DNA from: an uncultured Verrucomicrobiae bacterium
GTDB lineage: Bacteria; Verrucomicrobiota; Verrucomicrobiia; Chthoniobacterales; JAFAMB01
Reading direction: 5' to 3'
DNA: 64,000 nt
Assembly: GCA_963762565.1 (NCBI GenBank)
Contig: CAVXLD010000011.1
Span: 32,001 to 96,000 of the forward strand
The position numbers were made by a program, and so were the translations under genes. A model generated the notes under the pieces. That model saw only the letters and a program-made list of their open reading frames with translations, was not told where the DNA came from and searched no databases. Shown in pieces: positions 58,455 through 64,000 of this stretch (positions are counted from its first letter, which is position 1; each line of letters opens with the position of its first letter).

Positions 58455-58651
58455 TTAGTGATTGGTGATTAGTGAAAGGGTGCCGCGGAAGGGATGGGGT
58501 ATGCCTGCGAACTCGGTTCTTGAATGGCGTGTAGCCGAGATGCCGTTAGACTGAACCACTTTCGCCGCGATCTGACCGATTTGAGCTTATCAAAAGGTAC
58601 GCTTGTTCGCGGACGCCTTTCACCAATCACCAATCACTAATCACCAATCAC
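58444..58651. repeat. Family F heptamer palindrome, 36-bp arms with 1 mismatch
   Basis: 58444-58479 versus 58616-58651; supplies the stop codon of the upstream gene. Confidence 0.9.
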
Positions 58652-58663
58652 GCCTGCCTCCCC

Positions 58664-59587
58664 CTACGCCACACTAACGATCACCGTCTCACTCCGATAC
58701 CGCCGCAGCACGTTATTGAAAACTTTCAATGCCTCGGAATTAGCTTCATTCCTCCAGACGAAGTTACGCCGGAGTACTGCATTTCGAGACACTAAAATGC
58801 GGTATACCAGCCCACGACCAATCATCTGGGTCAAAGTCTCAGACGCAATCGCTATGCCGGTTCCGGCAGCGACCATCGCTAGTACCGCTTGGACACTGTC
58901 GGATTCTTGTACGATCCGCGGCGAAAAACCTGCCGCTAGGCAAAGCTCGTCCACCAATCCTCGAAAAGGAGCAGCTCGGTTGCGAGAGATCATGACCCAA
59001 TTCTCGTCTTTCAGATTGGCCAGCGTCAGCTTGCAGGACTTACGGGCAAACCGATGATCTTCCGGAAGAACGATCACCAGCGGAACTGTCTTCCAATTGA
59101 ACAGCTTCAGATCAAAGAGAGGTTCTTCAGGGCCAATGCCAAAAAATCCGCCGTCCAGTTTGCCTTCGCGGATATCATTGAGCTGATCGCCAGGCTCCAT
59201 GTCGATCAGCTCCACTTGGCACTGCGGGCGCGCCTTCCGAAACGCCTGCAGCACCTCCACCAGATCCGGCGCCAGCAAGTAACCGATAAATCCCAAACGT
59301 AACCGCTCCGTCTCTCCCTGTTGCATTCGCTGGACCGTGATCATCGCTCGATCCAGCCGGTGAAGCGTTTCGCGGGCATCATTCAGAAAATTTCTGCCCG
59401 GTGAAGTCAGTTCCACTGACCGAGTCTTTCGTCTAAGCAGCTGCACCCCTAATTTTCGTTCCAGACTCTGAATTTGCCGGCTTAACGGCGGTTGCGACAT
59501 GTGTAACCGCCTCGCGGCTTTGGAGAAATGGAGCTCTTCGGCCACGGCAATGAAACACTCCAGCTCGCGGACACTAGGGCGATCCAT
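58664..59587 (-). CDS. LysR family regulator (BenM/CatM/HcaR-like)
   Basis: FIAVAEELHFSKAARRLHMSQPPLSRQIQ and AGFSPRIVQE. Confidence 0.93.
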   Translation of the reverse strand: MDRPSVRELECFIAVAEELHFSKAARRLHMSQPPLSRQIQSLERKLGVQLLRRKTRSVELTSPGRNFLNDARETLHRLDRAMITVQRMQQGETERLRLGFIGYLLAPDLVEVLQAFRKARPQCQVELIDMEPGDQLNDIREGKLDGGFFGIGPEEPLFDLKLFNWKTVPLVIVLPEDHRFARKSCKLTLANLKDENWVMISRNRAAPFRGLVDELCLAAGFSPRIVQESDSVQAVLAMVAAGTGIAIASETLTQMIGRGLVYRILVSRNAVLRRNFVWRNEANSEALKVFNNVLRRYRSETVIVSVA

Positions 59588-59600
59588 ACTGAAAAGGTAT
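59586..59600. promoter_or_regulatory. LysR recognition site ATAC-N7-GTAT
   Basis: atactgaaaaggtat overlaps the lysR start in the divergent lysR/RND gap and fits T-N11-A. Confidence 0.6.
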
Positions 59601-59663
59601 CAAATTGATCCCAGTATAGCATTTTAGGGAACGAGAGAAAGATCGATAATCGTAGAACATGTC

Positions 59664-59691
59664 GTGGAGCGTGCCTCGCTTGCGAGGCCGA
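59664..59691. repeat. Family J REP upstream of the RND gene
   Basis: gtggagcgtgcctcgcttgcgaggccga. Confidence 0.8.
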
Positions 59692-59738
59692 AGGCGTAGC
59701 CAACGCGCAGCGCCCAGGACGGGTCAGGAGAAAAATCT

Positions 59739-62700
59739 ATGTGGATCGTCAATCTGGCACTGCGGAGACCTTACACCTTCATCGTGCTGGCTATTTTCAT
59801 TCTGATCGCCGGAGTTCTAGCTATCCTCCGAACTCCGAAAGACATCTTTCCTTCCATCAATATTCCGGTGATCTCCGTCATCTGGAACTATGGCGGACTC
59901 ACTCCCCAAGACATGGAGGAGAAGATCACCTGGCCTTATGAGCGAGTTCTAACCACGACCGTTGACAACATCGAACATATTGAGTCACAGTCCCTCTATG
60001 GGGTTGGCGTGGTTAAGATTTTCTTGCAACCCACCGCCTCTGTGCCGACTGGCATTGCGCAGGTTACTTCCGTTTCCCAGGCGATATTGAAACAGCTGCC
60101 GGTCGGCATTACGCCGCCGTTGGTCTTAAGCTATAGTGCGACCAACGTCCCTGTGTTACGCGTGGGCCTGAGCGGTCAAGGCCTTTCCGAACAGCAACTC
60201 GGCGACCTGGGACTGAACTTTGTTCGAACGCAGCTCATCACCGTGCCCGGTGTTGCCGTTCCTTATCCTTATGGCGGCAAGCAGCGTTATGTTTCCGTCG
60301 ATCTCGATTACCAAGCATTGCAGTCTCGTGGCCTGACGCCCACGGACGTGATCAACGCAGTTAACGCCCAGAACCTGACACTGCCGGCAGGGACCGCGAA
60401 GATCGGTGAACTGGAATATCAGGTCGGCTTAAACTCGAGTCCCAGGACGATCGACGGGCTCAACGCCATCCCGGTGAAAACCGTCGGCAACAGTATCATC
60501 TACGTGCGTGATGTGGCCAACATTCGGGACGGCTTCATTCCTCAGACTAACGTCGTTCGCTTCAACGGCCAGCGCGCATCCATGCTTGATATTCAGAAGA
60601 CAGGGAGCGCCTCCACGCTGGATATCGTTTCCGGAGTCAAAAATCTCCTGCCGGAACTGAAGAAGACGTTGCCGGACAACCTTAAACTTCAGCTATTGAC
60701 CGACCAATCGATCTTCGTCACCGCGGCGATCGAGGGCGTGATTCGGGAAGGCGTGATTGCTGCTTGCTTGACCGCTCTGATGATTCTCATCTTTCTCGGG
60801 GACTTCCGAAGTACGATGATCATCGCGATCTCGATTCCACTCGCGATCCTCTGTTCGATCGTAACGCTTAGCGCCCTGGGTGAAACCATCAATATCATGA
60901 CTCTGGGCGGTCTGGCCTTGGCCGTAGGTATCCTGGTGGATGACGCGACGGTAACCATCGAGAACATCGACCGCCATTTGGCCGAAGGGAAACCAAAGCT
61001 CGATGCAATTCGCGATGGCGCCGCGCAGATTGCAGTGCCGGCGTTCGTTTCTACGCTCTGTATCTGTATTGTTTTCGTACCGATTTTCTTTTTGTCTGGC
61101 GTCGCCAAGTACCTGTTCGCGCCCCTCGCCGAATCGGTGATTTTCGCGATGCTGGCTTCTTACATTTTGTCCAGGACGCTGGTTCCAACTTTGGCCATGT
61201 ACTGGATGAAAGAAGTGGGCCCCGGAGGGCATGCTACGCACGCGCCGGGCCGCGGAGTCTTCGGCTGGTTTGGCGCATTCCATCAGGGCTTCGAACGGTG
61301 GTTCGAAGCACTGCGTGAAGGTTATCGCGATCTCTTGAGCTTGTGCCTTCGAAATGCAGGAAAGGTGGTTACATTGGTGGTGGGCTTTTCCGTGGTTTCC
61401 TTAGCCTTGTTTCCATTCCTCGGGCAGAACTTTTTCCCCAGCGTTGACGCCGGCCGTTTCGATTTGCATGTGCGGATGAAAACCGGAATGCGGATCGAAG
61501 AGACTGCTCGCAATGTCGACTTGATCGAGCAAATGATCCGCCAGGTTATTCCGGCGAATCAATTACAGGGAATCATCGATAACCTGGGTATTCCGTACAG
61601 CGGGATCAACCTTTCTTACAACAACACCGGGACCATGAGCGCCGCGGACGGTGACATTCTCGTCTCGCTAGAAGAGAAACATGATCCGACGGACAACTAT
61701 ATACAGAAGATCCGAATCCGTCTGCAAAAGGACTTTCCTGGGGTCACCTATTGGTTTCCACCCGCCGATATCGTCGCCCAAATTCTGAATTTCGGCTTAC
61801 CAGCACCGCTGGATATCCAGGTGATCGGCGCAAACCGGCCGGCTAACGCGGTTTTCGCGCGGAACCTAATGGAGAAGGTTCGTCGTGTCGCCGGCGCGGT
61901 CGACGTCAGAGTACAGGAGCCAACGGATGCGCCTCGGCTTAACCTGACGGTCGATCGTTCCAAGGCAGCTTTGCTGGGCCTGAACCAAACCCAGGTGGCG
62001 AATTCGGTTTTGAATGCTTTGGCCGGGTCAAACACCACGGCACCGAATTTCTGGGTCGATCCAAAGAATTCCGTGAACTACCAGATTAATGCGATGGCGC
62101 CGCAGTACGACATCGACTCCTTAGATGCGGTGCGCAATCTTCCGATCCTAGGAGGTAACGGCCAAACCCTTCAGATTTTAGGTAACGTTGCTGATATCTC
62201 GAGAGGCGCCACTATCCCAGTAGCTGACCACTTCAATATTCGCCCGGTGACCAATATCTATGCGAATGTTTCGGGCAGAGATCTAGGCGCGGTGGCTGCA
62301 GATGTTCAAAAACTCATTGCGGGTGCCGAGAAAGATCTGCCGAAAGGTAGTTCCATCGTCCTTCGCGGCCAGGTTCGCACCATGAATGATTCCTTTGTGG
62401 GACTTTATTTAGGTCTGCTCTTCTCTATGGTCCTGGTCTATCTACTCATGGTGGTAAATTTCCAGTCCTGGATCGAGCCGTTGATCATTATCACGGCATT
62501 GCCTTGTGCATTGGCCGGGATCGTTTGGATGTTATTTATTACTCACACGACCTTAAGCGTCCCGGCGTTGATGGGCGCGATTATGTGCGTGGGAGTTGCC
62601 ACTGCTAATAGCGTGTTGGTTGTCACTTTTGCCAACGAGCAACAAGCAGAGGTCAAAGATTCTTACCGGTCAGCACTGCAAGCGGGTTATGTCCGGTTGC

Positions 62701-62927
62701 GGCCCGTTCTCATGACCGCTTTGGCCATGATCATCGGTATGGTGCCCATGGCGCTAGGCCTGGGGGAGGGCGGTGAACAAAACGCGCCGCTCGGCCGGGC
62801 AGTCATCGGTGGACTCCTGTTTGCGACCGCGGCCACACTTTTCTTTGTACCCACCGTCTTCATGCTGGCCCGGAAACGGCAGTCGTCCCGGACCGGATCG
62901 AGCTCTCCAGAACCTGCGGCCGCTTAA
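59739..62927 (+). CDS. RND efflux transporter permease (AcrB/MdtB-like)
   Basis: ALRRP, GILVDDATVTIENI and RLRPVLMTALA; 1062 aa. Confidence 0.95.
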   Translation: MWIVNLALRRPYTFIVLAIFILIAGVLAILRTPKDIFPSINIPVISVIWNYGGLTPQDMEEKITWPYERVLTTTVDNIEHIESQSLYGVGVVKIFLQPTASVPTGIAQVTSVSQAILKQLPVGITPPLVLSYSATNVPVLRVGLSGQGLSEQQLGDLGLNFVRTQLITVPGVAVPYPYGGKQRYVSVDLDYQALQSRGLTPTDVINAVNAQNLTLPAGTAKIGELEYQVGLNSSPRTIDGLNAIPVKTVGNSIIYVRDVANIRDGFIPQTNVVRFNGQRASMLDIQKTGSASTLDIVSGVKNLLPELKKTLPDNLKLQLLTDQSIFVTAAIEGVIREGVIAACLTALMILIFLGDFRSTMIIAISIPLAILCSIVTLSALGETINIMTLGGLALAVGILVDDATVTIENIDRHLAEGKPKLDAIRDGAAQIAVPAFVSTLCICIVFVPIFFLSGVAKYLFAPLAESVIFAMLASYILSRTLVPTLAMYWMKEVGPGGHATHAPGRGVFGWFGAFHQGFERWFEALREGYRDLLSLCLRNAGKVVTLVVGFSVVSLALFPFLGQNFFPSVDAGRFDLHVRMKTGMRIEETARNVDLIEQMIRQVIPANQLQGIIDNLGIPYSGINLSYNNTGTMSAADGDILVSLEEKHDPTDNYIQKIRIRLQKDFPGVTYWFPPADIVAQILNFGLPAPLDIQVIGANRPANAVFARNLMEKVRRVAGAVDVRVQEPTDAPRLNLTVDRSKAALLGLNQTQVANSVLNALAGSNTTAPNFWVDPKNSVNYQINAMAPQYDIDSLDAVRNLPILGGNGQTLQILGNVADISRGATIPVADHFNIRPVTNIYANVSGRDLGAVAADVQKLIAGAEKDLPKGSSIVLRGQVRTMNDSFVGLYLGLLFSMVLVYLLMVVNFQSWIEPLIIITALPCALAGIVWMLFITHTTLSVPALMGAIMCVGVATANSVLVVTFANEQQAEVKDSYRSALQAGYVRLRPVLMTALAMIIGMVPMALGLGEGGEQNAPLGRAVIGGLLFATAATLFFVPTVFMLARKRQSSRTGSSSPEPAAA

Positions 62928-62954
62928 ATTTGAAGAATTAGACTAACAAACGAT

Positions 62955-64000
62955 ATGGATGGAAGCATTCTGGAAGTCGAGCCGGACAAATCGGCTCAAC
63001 CCACGGCGCGTGTGGATCAGCGACCTAAAGCAGCGCGTTCCGGGGTGATTAAACTGACCATTGTGGTTTGCCTGGCAGTTTCTGTTCTGTTGGCAGTCAC
63101 CGGTATTATGTCTCGCTCCGCCTCAACGGCGGCCTTACAGCAGCAAACTAACCAGGCCGCTGAACCGACGGTCGCGGTGGTGGCGCCGGAGAAAGCACCC
63201 GCCACAGTTTCTGTTGATCTCCCTGGTCAAACTCAAGCTTATACTGAAGCACCAATTTTTGCCCAGACCACCGGCTACGTGAAGAAGTGGTACTTCGATA
63301 TCGGTGCGAAGGTTAGAGCCGGCGACATCCTGGCCGAAATTGATACTCCTCAGGTCGACCAAGATTTGAACCAGGCCAAGGCCAACTTAGCGCAAGCTCA
63401 GGCGGCTCTGGATCTGTCCCGGGTTACTTTCCGGCGGGACCAGGATCTCCTGGAACGAAAAGTGATTGCCCAGCAGGATTTCGATACCGCGTCGAGCGAT
63501 TTGCACTCGAAGGAGGCGACCGTAAATGCCAACGCCGCTGCCGTTTCCCGATTGCAAGCCTTGGAAGATTTTAAGATTGTCCGGGCGCCTTTTGACGGGA
63601 TCGTCACTCGCCGAAATACGGACATTGGTCAGATTGTTAACTCGGGATCAGGAACGCCGCTTTTTGATGTGGCCCAAGTTTCGCCGCTGCGGATCTACGT
63701 GAACGTACCGGAGGCCATGGCAGGATATGTTCGAATCGGTGGCCCAGCTCATGTAACCTTTAGCGCCTTTCCCGGACAAAAGTTTTCCGGACACGTTGTC
63801 AGGACAGCGCAGGCTATCGACCCTGCTTCTCGGACATTACTGACCGAGATCGATGTCGCTAATGATTCTGGCCAACTTTTGCCTGGAGCCTATTCGCCGG
63901 TTCATTTGGAAACCGAGGGACCCAGTTCGTTGCTGGTCCCTTCGAGCTCTCTCCTTTTCAGGTCGGAAGGAGCATCGCTTGGGGTTGTTGGATCAGACAA
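62955..64000 (+). CDS. RND efflux periplasmic adaptor (MFP), runs off window end
   Basis: Manual translation MDGSILEV...TM...APIFAQTTGYVKKWYFDIGAKVRAGDILAEIDTP...IVRAPFDGIVT. Confidence 0.9.
   Translation, partial: MDGSILEVEPDKSAQPTARVDQRPKAARSGVIKLTIVVCLAVSVLLAVTGIMSRSASTAALQQQTNQAAEPTVAVVAPEKAPATVSVDLPGQTQAYTEAPIFAQTTGYVKKWYFDIGAKVRAGDILAEIDTPQVDQDLNQAKANLAQAQAALDLSRVTFRRDQDLLERKVIAQQDFDTASSDLHSKEATVNANAAAVSRLQALEDFKIVRAPFDGIVTRRNTDIGQIVNSGSGTPLFDVAQVSPLRIYVNVPEAMAGYVRIGGPAHVTFSAFPGQKFSGHVVRTAQAIDPASRTLLTEIDVANDSGQLLPGAYSPVHLETEGPSSLLVPSSSLLFRSEGASLGVVGSD

Noticed and set aside
1..64000. tRNA, rRNA, riboswitch, integron, prophage, or RAYT/DDE transposase genes
   Set aside because: No recognisable signatures by eye; a covariance-model scan was not possible.

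Overview
Bacterial chromosomal window of moderately high GC. The gene content and protein style suggest Verrucomicrobia (Spartobacteria/Chthoniobacterales-like); this is inference, not a database result. About 49 protein genes are present, mostly housekeeping and metabolic: sugar ABC transporter, cinA, rsfS-nadD, nagZ, holA, msrB/msrA, GH31 plus MFS, ABC-F, recN, prepilin peptidase, gmhA, lhr, pdxH, OGG, comB, TonB-ExbBD-def, serpin, AraC, LysR and an RND pump. I found no rRNA, tRNA, CRISPR array or classical transposase. The striking feature is non-coding: most intergenic gaps hold a palindromic element, from at least 12 distinct families (REP/REPIN-like doublets, MITEs, and hairpins with 7-, 8- or 9-mer tandem arms). 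These elements are often nested inside each other and are sometimes inserted in frame in genes (lhr, serpin). The best candidate for an undescribed system is a GxxExxY PD-(D/E)XK nuclease gene (32884-33312) enclosed by ~160-bp terminal inverted repeats built on a 9-mer. The outer 80 bp of these repeats are perfect and the inner mismatches are almost all G-U compatible. Gene-less elements of similar design occur elsewhere in the window. Several genes (MFS, lhr, phospholipase C, YVTN, rsfS) carry 1-bp frameshifts, many of which look like long-read indel errors.
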